Shown in pieces: positions 31,680 to 41,566 of a stretch of DNA of 64,000 nucleotides. A program made the translations under genes and the position numbers. Origin of the DNA: a virus (lineage: Duplodnaviria > Caudoviricetes). Numbering within the stretch: the stretch's first letter is position 1; each line of letters starts with the position of its first letter. The DNA is taken from positions 1 through 64,000 of IMG/VR virus record IMGVR_UViG_3300030433_001804; one strand, 5' to 3'. The notes beneath the pieces are model-generated. The model was not told the DNA's origin and did no database searches. It was given only the letters and a program-made list of their open reading frames with translations.

Positions 31680-31934
31680 TCATTCAACCATCTCCTTCCA
31701 TGTTTCCGGTAAGTCTAATCCTCGTTCAAGTGCTTTCATCATTTCAACATGACTAGCATTATTTCTAATCATTTCATCTAATGCTGTAAGAACAGCACCT
31801 TTCTTTTTACTCTCTTCACGCAACCGCTTGACTTCTGCAATCAAAGGAAACATTCTTGCTAATAGCGTATGCTCGTTTTCTTCATCGCCATAAAAGGCGT
31901 TAAACTCCAATTCTAATTCTTGTATGTCAATCAT
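31680..31934 (-). CDS. Hypothetical protein (LIAEVKRL family)
   Basis: Shares motif with 31931-32332 and 43414-43710. Confidence 0.5.
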   Translation of the reverse strand: MIDIQELELEFNAFYGDEENEHTLLARMFPLIAEVKRLREESKKKGAVLTALDEMIRNNASHVEMMKALERGLDLPETWKEMVE

Positions 31935-32332
31935 TCTTCATTCCTCCATTCCTCTATTGTTTTTATTTGTGGATTGTTAGTAGGCACATAATATTCAATG
32001 ACTTCAATTCTACCCACCCATCCATCTTTAAGTGTCGCTATGTATTCCTCACACTCTTTCAAAGAACCATGCTGTGTGTATTCTTCTTCCATATCTTCTT
32101 CATTCTGTGCGAATACTTGGAAGGTGGGAGCATACTTCTCTAAGTATTGTAGTCGCTTGACTACGGCTAGAAGTTTTGGTGCGTCATTCAGTAGTTCGAT
32201 AGTTGCCGTTATATTCTTTACATCAACTGTTTTACTATTTTTGAGCATCCATTCATTCCAAGCCCAAACCTGTGACTTTTCCTCTACTGCTTTGTCTATC
32301 AAGTGTCCTTCGTATTTGTCTGTATCAATCAT
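31931..32332 (-). CDS. Hypothetical protein (IDTDKYE family)
   Basis: MIDTDKYEGH...APKLLAVVKRL. Confidence 0.55.
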   Translation of the reverse strand: MIDTDKYEGHLIDKAVEEKSQVWAWNEWMLKNSKTVDVKNITATIELLNDAPKLLAVVKRLQYLEKYAPTFQVFAQNEEDMEEEYTQHGSLKECEEYIATLKDGWVGRIEVIEYYVPTNNPQIKTIEEWRNEE

Positions 32333-32550
32333 TCCTCTTCATCTCCTTTTAATTTGTAAAGAAAACATTTTTCTTCCGTAGAAAAACCAACTTTCTCTAT
32401 TTCTTTTGATTTACCTAATATCTGTCCTAATTGCCTAACGGTAAAACTATTCATTTTTGTTTCGTTATTTTTTAGTATTCTTGCTATTTCATATGTTGAA
32501 AGCGTTTTATCGCCTAATGCTTCTATTATTCTTTTTTTGATTCTTTTCAT
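32329..32550 (-). CDS. Winged-helix DNA-binding protein
   Basis: IIEALGDKTLSTYEIARIL...TVRQLGQIL followed by a beta hairpin. Confidence 0.55.
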   Translation of the reverse strand: MKRIKKRIIEALGDKTLSTYEIARILKNNETKMNSFTVRQLGQILGKSKEIEKVGFSTEEKCFLYKLKGDEEE

Positions 32551-33395
32551 ACATAGTCCTCCAACTTTTTGATTTGTATTTTACCAGAAGCGTTAGTCTT
32601 TTTTCGCTTCTTTCTCTTTTCACCTAAGCCGAGTATTCGGCATTCAGCGTTATTTAGTTTCTTTTGAAAAGATGAAACTAAGGTCTTGTCCATACAAAGT
32701 TGCCGTAACACTCTTGGATTCTTAACCCCTAAGCGTCTAGCCAATCTAGGTATTTGTGAATATTGTCTTCTTTGTGGCATGGTTAATCTACCATATGATT
32801 TACCACTATGAGCATAGGCTAACATCTCATAGAAATATCTTTGACTCCATCTTCGTTTTACTACACCATCAACAAAAATTAATTTATTGGGATGTATATT
32901 CTGTGCTAACCAAGATATTATCTGTGTGTCTGAAGGCTTATTGAATAGCAATAACTTAGCCATGAAGTCTCTATCCGATTCTCTAAGATATTCATTTACA
33001 AGGGAGTAAGTATCTCTTTCATATGATGATGGTTTTTCGCAATGGACTGCCATTTCTGATATTTCATTCCAAAGATGATTTACTGAACCTGCTCTTTTTA
33101 TTTGACACATAGTTTTGATTTCTTTGGGAACAGACTTTTCATTGATTGAAGTTAATACAACCTGCCCCTTGTATAATCTCAAGATAGTAAGTATGCCTTG
33201 CTTATCAGCATTATAATGCACATCTTCAATAATAATCCCATCTTCTATAGGATGAGAAAATATATCAAAGTCTACATCATCTGCATATACTATTTTAGGA
33301 TTCTTAACGAAGGTCTTGGCCTTAGTTGATTTTCCTGTTCCTGTTTTTCCTGTAAGTAATATTGCTCTATTTTTATTCATTGTTGTTAATCCCAT
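32547..33395 (-). CDS. AAA+ ATPase, RFC large subunit-like
   Basis: LLTGKTGTGKST, IIIEDV; basic tail ending in PIP-like IKKLEDYV. Confidence 0.6.
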   Translation of the reverse strand: MGLTTMNKNRAILLTGKTGTGKSTKAKTFVKNPKIVYADDVDFDIFSHPIEDGIIIEDVHYNADKQGILTILRLYKGQVVLTSINEKSVPKEIKTMCQIKRAGSVNHLWNEISEMAVHCEKPSSYERDTYSLVNEYLRESDRDFMAKLLLFNKPSDTQIISWLAQNIHPNKLIFVDGVVKRRWSQRYFYEMLAYAHSGKSYGRLTMPQRRQYSQIPRLARRLGVKNPRVLRQLCMDKTLVSSFQKKLNNAECRILGLGEKRKKRKKTNASGKIQIKKLEDYV

Positions 33396-33790
33396 TAGAT
33401 TACCCCTTTTATTTTCATTAGTATTTCCATTCCTTTCAGTTCTTTATGGATTCCATTTGACATAATGTGAACTGCTTGTCTAAAGTCTTTCCATTCTCCC
33501 TTTGCATCGGGAAGGTTAGGCACTAACTTAGTTACCTTATGAAGTTCTTTGATTCCTCCTATTCTTAGAATAGGTTTAGGTCTTGAATTATGTTCTCTTT
33601 GTTTATAATTAGATTTAATTTGATGTTGCTCAAGGCTTCTTTGGACTCCTAGTAGGAATTCTTCTGTGCCTCTTATGCTTAATCGGACTTTAGCATTATA
33701 TCCTAATTTCGCTTTAGATGACCGTTCAATGTGTAAGTCCATCTTAGCAATACCCAATAGTATTCCTATTAGCATATCTTTACTATACAT
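33395..33790 (-). CDS. LAGLIDADG-fold protein (free-standing, degenerate)
   Basis: LIGILLGIAKM helix, VRLSI..TEEFLLGVQ, LRIGGIKEL, KGEWKDF...GIH typical of single-motif LAGLIDADG proteins; catalytic acid not evident. Confidence 0.6.
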   Translation of the reverse strand: MYSKDMLIGILLGIAKMDLHIERSSKAKLGYNAKVRLSIRGTEEFLLGVQRSLEQHQIKSNYKQREHNSRPKPILRIGGIKELHKVTKLVPNLPDAKGEWKDFRQAVHIMSNGIHKELKGMEILMKIKGVI

Positions 33791-34136
33791 GCGATACGCT
33801 CCTATGACTAGAAATATATTCTGCTTTATATCTTAAATACTCTAAACCGTCACAAACGATGGTTTTGATTATTTCTTCTATTAGTATTTCATCGCCCGCA
33901 AAAACAAATGTGATTGAAGTTCCTCGATATATATTCCAAGCAACTGCTTGTTCTTCACTTACTTCATCAAAAAACACTGCCATTTTGGTATCATCAAAAT
34001 CCTCTAATTGGACTATCAATCCTTTGATAAGAAGGTCTACTTCATCATGAGAGAGTTTCCCATATGCCATAAAAGTAAAACTTGTCGCTACTCCATGTTG
34101 CTCAATCCATTTCTGAATATCAGCATCGTGGAACAT
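33783..34136 (-). CDS. Hypothetical protein
   Basis: In gene chain. Confidence 0.55.
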   Translation of the reverse strand: MFHDADIQKWIEQHGVATSFTFMAYGKLSHDEVDLLIKGLIVQLEDFDDTKMAVFFDEVSEEQAVAWNIYRGTSITFVFAGDEILIEEIIKTIVCDGLEYLRYKAEYISSHRSVSHV

Positions 34137-34140
34137 AATA

Positions 34141-34602
34141 TCACTTCATGTATTCCTCATTAGAAGGCCAATAGCCGTTAGGTGCTGTGTTAGTTTCTAG
34201 CCAAAAAATGTGGGCGGCACTAATGGTCTTTGTGTTCCGGTTTAAAGCGTTTTCTTCTGCATTCGCAAGGAGATTCAATAATGCGGTTTCTACCCATTCA
34301 GCGAGGAAATATCTTGCTGACCTTGAAACTCTTAAATCAATATTTTCTTTGATTAGTTTAGAAATATTAATTGTCGTCTTTGGTTTTACTTTTACTTCTT
34401 CTTTTTTAGGAGTAATTAAAATATCATTCTCAACATACGGACATTCCTCTACAGGAATTATTTTTGGCTTACCACCTGCACCATCATTAATTACATTTCT
34501 AAGAACAGCATTTCCGTTTTCTATTCTTACACAACGGTATGTTTGAGGTAGACCTCGCTTATCTTTTATAATAGTCATTTGACCTTGTTCTATCATTTCC
34601 AT
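34141..34602 (-). CDS. Histone-fold protein with N-terminal extra domain
   Basis: ISKLIKENIDLRVSRSARYFLAEWVETALLNLLANAEENALNRNTKTISAAHI aligns by eye with the HMf-type histone pattern (RIIK...RVSDDA..L...L......A...A...RKTI.AEDI). Confidence 0.7.
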   Translation of the reverse strand: MEMIEQGQMTIIKDKRGLPQTYRCVRIENGNAVLRNVINDGAGGKPKIIPVEECPYVENDILITPKKEEVKVKPKTTINISKLIKENIDLRVSRSARYFLAEWVETALLNLLANAEENALNRNTKTISAAHIFWLETNTAPNGYWPSNEEYMK

Positions 34603-34732
34603 TCCTCATATTTACCACATTCATAACAATACCACCATGATTTACCTTCATAATCAAATAGGGTCATAGTGACACCATCACAATATTCTTCACGAATATC
34701 GGGGTCAGGATGATTTGCTTTACACATACAAT

Positions 34733-36268
34733 TCATTCTAACACCTCTACATCTTCTAAAGTATTACAATCAGAAGCAAATTTATCATCTCTAATTCTAT
34801 TACATCTAGGAAATCTAAGACCTATATTATTATTAGAATCTCTAGTAACTAAATCTGCACTAACTTCTAAAACAGTTCTCGGTAAGAACGAATATGTTCC
34901 GTTATCTACATTAGAAATAATAGTTCTTAATTCTCTTGTTAATCTAAGTAAATCTTCATCACTAAATCCAGTTCCTACAGAACCAATAGAAATCCATTCT
35001 CCTTCATTTCTTACACCAATACCAAATGTAGCAAAAACATTTGACTTAGCACCCTCACCGTATTTAGCATTAAGAATAGCAACATCTAGTTCAATTCGTG
35101 GAGGTTTATATTTAGCCCAACCGATGCTTCTTTTACCTGCCTCATAGGGTAAGGTAGTATCTTTGACAATAATGCCCTCAAAGCCATCATTAATCGCTCT
35201 ATTATAGAATGCTAGAACATCACCACCTTCTTCCATTCTATGTGCTTGGTCGGGTAAGTCTTCAAAACAAAGCAATCTTTCATGGTAAGGTAAATCCATA
35301 ATGGTCTTACTTCCTATCTTAAGGCAATCAAATATAACCCACTTGACTTTAACCTTCTCTCTTGCTTCCGCATGGTCTTTAGAATGAACTCTTGTTCCCA
35401 TTAGTTTATGTTCAGCAGGTGAACCATCATCTTTAATTGGATATATTTCACCATCAAGAATACAATTTTGCACACCATAACTTCTAATTCTTTCAACAAC
35501 ATCTTGAAACTGGGGAGTAACTACCTTACCTTTACGATTAAAGATAATCACATTATCTCCTTCTTTATGTATCTGATAACGATTGCCGTCATACTTGTAA
35601 TCTACAATCTTATTTTCCGGCCACTTATTCATAGGCACATCTTTAGCCAACATAGGAGCAACAAATGTTCCGTGTGATAGAAGTGTAGGAGGATTTTCAC
35701 CCATTTCATAATATGTTGCAGTTCTTTCAATACTGTTCAAATTAAGATGTTTCTTAACTTCGCTAACTTTCTTATCATAGTATTTAGCCATAATCTTGAC
35801 TACTGTTCCTTTGTTAATTCCATTTCTAGGAGTTCTGAGTAAATAGCGAACAAACCATCTTCGCTCTAATGCTGACATATCCCTAATAGCAAAATGAAAA
35901 GTATCATAATTATTTGAAGTGATACTACCATAATCCATTTCTAATAGACGCTTAACATTAGCAATACTGAAAGGATTACCTTGTGTTTCTGCTGAAGAAT
36001 CTAGATAATATAATGCATCCCCTAAATCATTATGTGCATTGTAATTACCTTCTATCTCATCTTCAAAGATATCAAACGCCTTTGCTATCCACTTCTTTGC
36101 TTTTGCTAAGGCTATATTATTAGCAGTTAATTCATCCTTAGAAAGAATAGAAAGCACTAGAGGAACTTCATCAAAATTCTGTAAGTCTCTTGATATTCTT
36201 GTTATCTGTTGGGTTGGTATTAGACCGTCCGTTGATTCTAACATTCGGCTCATCATTTTCCATGTCAT
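34733..36268 (-). CDS. lig: ATP-dependent DNA ligase
   Basis: PMLA, YKYDGNR (motif I), ILDGEI, FDCL, EGIIVK, WAKYK, VGTGFSD, LRFPR. Confidence 0.95.
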   Translation of the reverse strand: MTWKMMSRMLESTDGLIPTQQITRISRDLQNFDEVPLVLSILSKDELTANNIALAKAKKWIAKAFDIFEDEIEGNYNAHNDLGDALYYLDSSAETQGNPFSIANVKRLLEMDYGSITSNNYDTFHFAIRDMSALERRWFVRYLLRTPRNGINKGTVVKIMAKYYDKKVSEVKKHLNLNSIERTATYYEMGENPPTLLSHGTFVAPMLAKDVPMNKWPENKIVDYKYDGNRYQIHKEGDNVIIFNRKGKVVTPQFQDVVERIRSYGVQNCILDGEIYPIKDDGSPAEHKLMGTRVHSKDHAEAREKVKVKWVIFDCLKIGSKTIMDLPYHERLLCFEDLPDQAHRMEEGGDVLAFYNRAINDGFEGIIVKDTTLPYEAGKRSIGWAKYKPPRIELDVAILNAKYGEGAKSNVFATFGIGVRNEGEWISIGSVGTGFSDEDLLRLTRELRTIISNVDNGTYSFLPRTVLEVSADLVTRDSNNNIGLRFPRCNRIRDDKFASDCNTLEDVEVLE

Positions 36269-36384
36269 CTATAATCATCTCCATATTGGTATTCAATTTA
36301 ATAACCAGTTCTTTTAGAAGGCGGGATATTTCACCTTCGTTTCTTTCTGAGTAAGTCCACATAGCATTTGCTAAGTAAATCCAT

Positions 36385-36744
36385 TCACTCTTCTTCATCT
36401 GTATTCCCCGCATCTACTACTTGTAAAAGTCTTAGAAAGTTAGTCATCATATGCTGAACCATTTCTGCTTCTTCCATATTTTTGTTTTCTAATAAACGGT
36501 GAAATAAATGTATTAGAGTTGCTTGGGTAATAGCAGGTGCTAATTTAGCCATTGAGCCATTAGTAAATATCTCCCAATAGCAAACAAAACTTGCTCTTGC
36601 TAGATAGTTACCTCTCGCTATGTCATTGTAGCCTTGAGAAAAATGGTCATATGCCAAAGGGTCTTTCTTCAGTTTTTTCTTTGTGGCTTTACCCCAATCA
36701 TCGAATTTCTTGTCGTTTGTTGTTATCAAATATAATCTATTCAT
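36385..36744 (-). CDS. Hypothetical protein
   Basis: In gene chain. Confidence 0.55.
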   Translation of the reverse strand: MNRLYLITTNDKKFDDWGKATKKKLKKDPLAYDHFSQGYNDIARGNYLARASFVCYWEIFTNGSMAKLAPAITQATLIHLFHRLLENKNMEEAEMVQHMMTNFLRLLQVVDAGNTDEEE

Positions 36745-37012
36745 TTTCCATACTCTCCTTTAATATTATTAAATGCTCCAAACTATTTTGAGCAATAGCA
36801 AAAGTTTTCTCTATATGCTCAACTTGGACTCTACAACCTTCTCCGCTATTGGGAGGCTTTTCCATGTAGGCTTCTATCAGCCTAGAAAAAGTATGTAGTA
36901 GAGAACTAGAACATTTAGCAAAACGCTCAGTAGAACCGTCTCCAAAAGAACGCTTTGGGTTTGGCTGTCTAAGTAGTTTATTTGCCTCTCTTATGCTTAT
37001 ACTATATTTCAT
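36737..37012 (-). CDS. Possible divergent histone-fold protein
   Basis: Short helix (ISIREANKLLR), loop RSFG, long helix, then RVQVEHIEKTF resembling the L2/alpha3 pattern. Confidence 0.4.
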   Translation of the reverse strand: MKYSISIREANKLLRQPNPKRSFGDGSTERFAKCSSSLLHTFSRLIEAYMEKPPNSGEGCRVQVEHIEKTFAIAQNSLEHLIILKESMENE

Positions 37013-37215
37013 TCTAATTCCCTCCTTAATATCTGTAATAGAAGTTTAGCCTCTTCTATGTTTAGTCTAATTCCTTTATTTGTGGGTTTATCATCTTTAA
37101 ACCAACGAATATCCAATACTTCTATATTCCAGTAAACGCCTCTTTTTACTAGGGCTTCTTGTCTTGAATCTCTTACAACTCTACCTACTACTGGCATTTC
37201 ACTCAATTCATCCAC
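37009..37215 (-). CDS. PC4/YdbC-like ssDNA-binding protein
   Basis: VLDIRWFKDDKPTNKGIRLNIEE matches the PC4 signature. Confidence 0.75.
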   Translation of the reverse strand: MDELSEMPVVGRVVRDSRQEALVKRGVYWNIEVLDIRWFKDDKPTNKGIRLNIEEAKLLLQILRRELE

Positions 37216-37601
37216 CCCTGTTTGAATTTATCTAGTTCATTTCTAGACTTGAAATATCTAGGTGTGTCTAATTCATCTAAGCGATTAACAACCCAACAAG
37301 CACCACCAAGAGAAGAAATCTGAACAACTTCATATTGTCCTCCATTTACTTCTAAAACTTCTAGAGTATTTACTTCGGGAACTAAACCATACTGTCTAGT
37401 TATTTCTCCGGCTATGTCGTGTATGTTATCAACTACATACTTGACAATATGAGAACGCTGAATTGGTATTTTTGGTGCAACATCTATCTTTAGATTACCA
37501 GTCATATTACAGACTATGCACTTATTTCCTTTACAGATAGGGCATTTTATTTGCGCTTTATGTGGCGCAGGTAATGTTACTGTTACGGCTTTTTTCTTCA
37601 T
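37203..37601 (-). CDS. Zn-finger protein
   Basis: CPICKGNKCIVCNMTG (DnaJ-like CxxCxG repeats). Confidence 0.55.
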   Translation of the reverse strand: MKKKAVTVTLPAPHKAQIKCPICKGNKCIVCNMTGNLKIDVAPKIPIQRSHIVKYVVDNIHDIAGEITRQYGLVPEVNTLEVLEVNGGQYEVVQISSLGGACWVVNRLDELDTPRYFKSRNELDKFKQGWMN

Positions 37602-37686
37602 TTCTTGTCACTCTCCAAACAATACTTACACTTACCAAATCTTCTAGCATAATATCCTTGCATTCTTCTCCAACAATTAGGACATT

Positions 37687-38010
37687 TCAACTGCATTCCT
37701 CCTTAAAATAGTGAAGTATAGAGTCATTTTTGGTTTTAACGGGTTTATTGGTTTTATTACTAATATATACTTTAGAATAATTTCTACTGAGATACCACTT
37801 CATTTGTTGAATAGTCGGCATGTCATCCCTGCGTGTTGCTTTGTATTTTTTTCCATTATTTTTGTTAATTTGATACTCTATCGTTTTTAAAACAAATAAA
37901 TCATCTAATATAGCCCGATAGGTTCTTGGTTTAGAACTTATTACTTTATCTATACTCTTTTTAGCCCATTCAGATATCGGTGCAGAATTAGGATTTCTAG
38001 CACTTACCAT
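37687..38010 (-). CDS. Hypothetical DNA-binding protein, paralog 1
   Basis: Shares ILDDLF, PT, YL..NY.KV, KPVK, HYF with next ORF. Confidence 0.6.
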   Translation of the reverse strand: MVSARNPNSAPISEWAKKSIDKVISSKPRTYRAILDDLFVLKTIEYQINKNNGKKYKATRRDDMPTIQQMKWYLSRNYSKVYISNKTNKPVKTKNDSILHYFKEECS

Positions 38011-38012
38011 AT

Positions 38013-38282
38013 TTATCCCTCCCTAAAATAATGCACTATACCATTTGACTTTACGGGCTTTCCAGTAGACATACTTAATTCTACTTTATCATAATTAGAA
38101 GTTAAGTATTTAATCAGTTCACCTCTTGTAGGTATTCGTTTAAATTGATTTCTATATTGATTTTTATCTAAATAAATAAACAAATCATCTAATATTGTAT
38201 TTATTGCTTTGGGTTCAGAAGTTATTATTTCTTCTAAATAGCGTTTAACAAAAACATTCATTCTCTTTCCCTTAAAGGGCAT
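38013..38282 (-). CDS. Hypothetical DNA-binding protein, paralog 2
   Basis: Tandem paralog of 37687-38010. Confidence 0.6.
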   Translation of the reverse strand: MPFKGKRMNVFVKRYLEEIITSEPKAINTILDDLFIYLDKNQYRNQFKRIPTRGELIKYLTSNYDKVELSMSTGKPVKSNGIVHYFREG

Positions 38283-38284
38283 AT

Positions 38285-39820
38285 TTATTCCTCCAATAAT
38301 ACTGCTACATCTGTAGTATAGAACAATTTTGCTATTGACATAGCAGTTAAGAAACTGTTCTTAGTTACCTTAACAGGGTCAAATATTCCTGCTACTTCCA
38401 AATCCATGTAATCACCAGTAAGGGCATTAAATCCTAAAGAACCCGCTAAATCATCATCATGCCAATTACCTTCATGATTACTATTAAGCAATAGTGTGTT
38501 ATATGGAGCGTAAAGGGAATGCGCTAAGAAATTGAAATCTGTTTCTACCTTATCACCTGCATGGGCTAATGAAGTCCCGCCACCCAAAATAATCCCTTCT
38601 GCTAATGCCGCTTTAGTAGCATTAAGAGCATCATCTAATCTCTCCTTCCTTTCTCTTAGTTCTAAGGAAGAAGAAGCACCGACCTTTATTGTTGCCACAC
38701 CACCCTTTAGTCTAGATATTCTAGATTTAATACGGGCTTTGTCGAAACCTTCCATGTCATCTAATTGACCCTTTAGAAGTTTTATTTGTTTTTCAGCATC
38801 ACCGATACCGCCAACTACAATTGTTTTTTCTTTAGTTACTGTAATGTTTTCACAACTACCAAAGTCACTTAATACAATATTAGTAGGGTCGTCTTTGCTC
38901 TCTTGAGTAAACAACTTACCATTTACTAATGATTGAATATCGGCCAATTCGTCTAGTTGTTTATCGCCAAAATTAGGTGCAAGTATGGCACAACATTCTA
39001 CCGTTTGATTCATTAGATTCATAACTAAATTATTTAGTGCTGAACCTGACATACCACCACAGAAAATAACCAGTGGCCTACTATTAGCGGAAGCCAATTC
39101 TAACATAGGAATTAAATCCTTAAAATTCTTAAAATGAATATTAGAAATAAAGATAAGAGGGTTATTGAATACAGTTCTCCCGTTAGCAGTATTGGCCATT
39201 AAATGACTAATATAGCCTTCAGTAAGTTCCATACCCTCTCTTATTACCAGTTCTGTATTATGTGATTTAGATTCTTCTACTGTAACAATACCGTCTCTAC
39301 CTACTTTAGCCAAAGCATCACTAATTAGTTTACCTAGAACTCTATCATTATTTGCCGCTATTGTAGCGACTTCAATAATATCAGCATCTTGTATTTCTTT
39401 AGCCATTGAATCTAATTGGTTTACCACTTGGTCTGTAAAATCATCAAGAAGACCCATGAATTCGTGAGTGGTTAAATCTAGGTTACTGTGATTATGTATT
39501 GCATTACAAAATGCTTGTGCTAAAATACAAGCAGTAGTAGTTCCATCACCGCTTCCTTCTTGTGCTTTATGTGCTAGGTTTTGAACCATCTGAATACCCA
39601 TCTGAACATAAGGGTCTTCGCTACTAATATGTCTTGTAATGGTTACTCCATCGTTAATAATAACAGGGGGATTACCTTGTAGTATAACCGTTTTGGCTTG
39701 TGGGCCAAGTGTAGGTTTTACTGTATTAGCAACTAAATTAATTCCTTCTAACAACTTTTCTTTTACTTCATTTCCATGTATTATCATTCTTCCACCAACC
39801 TTGTTTGTATTCCTCTCCAC
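38285..39820 (-). CDS. groEL: Group I chaperonin GroEL
   Basis: VKPTLGP, INDGVTI, GDGTTTA, VGRDGIVTVEES, APNFGD, GGVATIKVGA, DDALNATKAA, GIFDPVKV. Confidence 0.95.
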   Translation of the reverse strand: MERNTNKVGGRMIIHGNEVKEKLLEGINLVANTVKPTLGPQAKTVILQGNPPVIINDGVTITRHISSEDPYVQMGIQMVQNLAHKAQEGSGDGTTTACILAQAFCNAIHNHSNLDLTTHEFMGLLDDFTDQVVNQLDSMAKEIQDADIIEVATIAANNDRVLGKLISDALAKVGRDGIVTVEESKSHNTELVIREGMELTEGYISHLMANTANGRTVFNNPLIFISNIHFKNFKDLIPMLELASANSRPLVIFCGGMSGSALNNLVMNLMNQTVECCAILAPNFGDKQLDELADIQSLVNGKLFTQESKDDPTNIVLSDFGSCENITVTKEKTIVVGGIGDAEKQIKLLKGQLDDMEGFDKARIKSRISRLKGGVATIKVGASSSLELRERKERLDDALNATKAALAEGIILGGGTSLAHAGDKVETDFNFLAHSLYAPYNTLLLNSNHEGNWHDDDLAGSLGFNALTGDYMDLEVAGIFDPVKVTKNSFLTAMSIAKLFYTTDVAVLLEE

Positions 39821-39995
39821 AAATCATAGGCTTGTTTCTTTTCGGGAATTGTATTCAATAGTGTTTTTATCATCATTAACAAAAACTCTAGTTCACCGAC
39901 TAAAAGCCTATCATCTATTTCCTCTCTAAACAAATCTCCATTTTCCGTTACATCAATCATTCTTAACAAAATATCTTCGTATAATTCTATATCAT

Positions 39996-40211
39996 TCATT
40001 CAATCACCGCCATTACTTGTGCTATTGGCACAAACTTATATCCATCATATTCCTGTATCGTCTTCGCTTCACTAAAGATAACAGTCTTACCAATGAGTGA
40101 TTTGTCTATTTGACAATCAATCACTTTCCCAACATTATTCTCTTTAATCATAATTCTACTTGCTGAAGATACTTCTTGCTCTACTATTACATATTCTCCT
40201 ACTGCTTTCAT
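39996..40211 (-). CDS. groES: Co-chaperonin GroES-like
   Basis: MKAVGEYVIVE...VGKVI...GKTVIFS...VMAVIE, just upstream of groEL; short mobile loop. Confidence 0.75.
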   Translation of the reverse strand: MKAVGEYVIVEQEVSSASRIMIKENNVGKVIDCQIDKSLIGKTVIFSEAKTIQEYDGYKFVPIAQVMAVIE

Positions 40212-40341
40212 TCTTGTTCACCATACCATTCTTTTTTGTTTACTTCTTTTACTCCGTCATATTCATTACAAACAGGACAAGACCAATAACCTACATCATC
40301 GTCTGCTTCTCCCTCGCAATAAACACAAATCATAATTGTTG

Positions 40342-40689
40342 TCATTTTCTTTCCTCCACATTTACTGAATCGCTAAACTTATCTCCTTCACTTATTGTTA
40401 TATTTACATCTTTACCTGCTGAAATTTGTATGTTATTAGACCCGGAAACTGTTTGGCTATTATTTTCCATTCGTGATTTTAACCTATCATATTCTTTTTT
40501 GAGGGCTTCATACATTTTTTCATAATTCACACTTTCTTGCTTTATTGCTTCCTCTTTTTTCTTATTTTGAGCAATAAAACTTAGATGTAATTCTTTCAAT
40601 TCTTCTGCAAAAGATTTTTCTTTTGCAGGTTCTTTAGTTTCCATCTTGGGGATTAGTATTCTTCGTTTTTGTATCCTATTGTAAGTCAT
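40342..40689 (-). CDS. Coiled-coil hypothetical protein
   Basis: In gene chain. Confidence 0.5.
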   Translation of the reverse strand: MTYNRIQKRRILIPKMETKEPAKEKSFAEELKELHLSFIAQNKKKEEAIKQESVNYEKMYEALKKEYDRLKSRMENNSQTVSGSNNIQISAGKDVNITISEGDKFSDSVNVEERK

Positions 40690-40933
40690 TCTTCCTCATC
40701 CTCTATAGGTAACGCAATCCAGCCATTAGAACCAAAAGAAGTCCAAACATTTGTTTTGTAGAATTCTTTTAGTTGCTTATCTTTCTCAGTTGGCTTTCTC
40801 CAAATTACACCTTTGTTATTTTTTTTAGTATTATTGTCATTGGGATGTCTCTCCCTATGTTCTCTAATTTTATCTGTAAGAGTCTTAGCCTCAATGACCT
40901 CAACTACTTCTGCATATTTCTTTTCTCTTTTCC

Positions 40934-41566
40934 TCACTCTTCTTCCTCTCCTTTATTCCAATCCTGAATTCTTTCTAAGTTAAATTCTTTATAGATTTTC
41001 AACTGCTTAGGTTTATCTTGATGCCAATAGCCGAAATGACCTTCGCCACCTAATACATATGCTTCAGTCATTAGAGGCTTCCATTGACTTACTGTTTTAA
41101 TATCTACACCACTAAAATAAGCACTACCAAAAGGATGAGTGTGAATCCAGCATCTAATAGGTAATTTCATTCCTATTGGTGGTTGCATACCAAATTCAAC
41201 ATAACCCGGAGAACCAGTAGTAACATAACAATTGTTTTGACTATCAATTACTACCTGCACTTCTAAATTAGGAAGGATTTCTGTTGAAGAATGCCAAATC
41301 GCATCATGAAATTTAAAATTCTTATATGCTAATTCATCAACACAGCCCCTATCTTTCCAAGCAACATCAATAGATTCAAGAGTTAAAAGAGCCTCTTGAG
41401 TCCAAGTATTCAGAATATGTTGTTCTGCCTTTTCTCTAGCCTTCTCTAAAGCCTCAAATTCTTCTTCTGCTTTAGCCCACTCCAATTCTTCGATATATCT
41501 ATCATATCCATCATCGCCATTTCTTTTCTCTTCTTCTCTTATGAACCAATCACCGCTTCTACTCAT
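40934..41566 (-). CDS. JAB/MPN+ (JAMM) metalloprotease
   Basis: LEVQVVID (catalytic Glu) and WIHTHPFGSAYFSGVD = HxH-x7-S-x2-D. Confidence 0.9.
   Translation of the reverse strand: MSRSGDWFIREEEKRNGDDGYDRYIEELEWAKAEEEFEALEKAREKAEQHILNTWTQEALLTLESIDVAWKDRGCVDELAYKNFKFHDAIWHSSTEILPNLEVQVVIDSQNNCYVTTGSPGYVEFGMQPPIGMKLPIRCWIHTHPFGSAYFSGVDIKTVSQWKPLMTEAYVLGGEGHFGYWHQDKPKQLKIYKEFNLERIQDWNKGEEEE

Noticed and set aside
33395-33790. Mobile intron carrying a homing endonuclease
   Set aside because: ORF is translationally coupled to intact neighbours and no interrupted gene or intron structure is seen.
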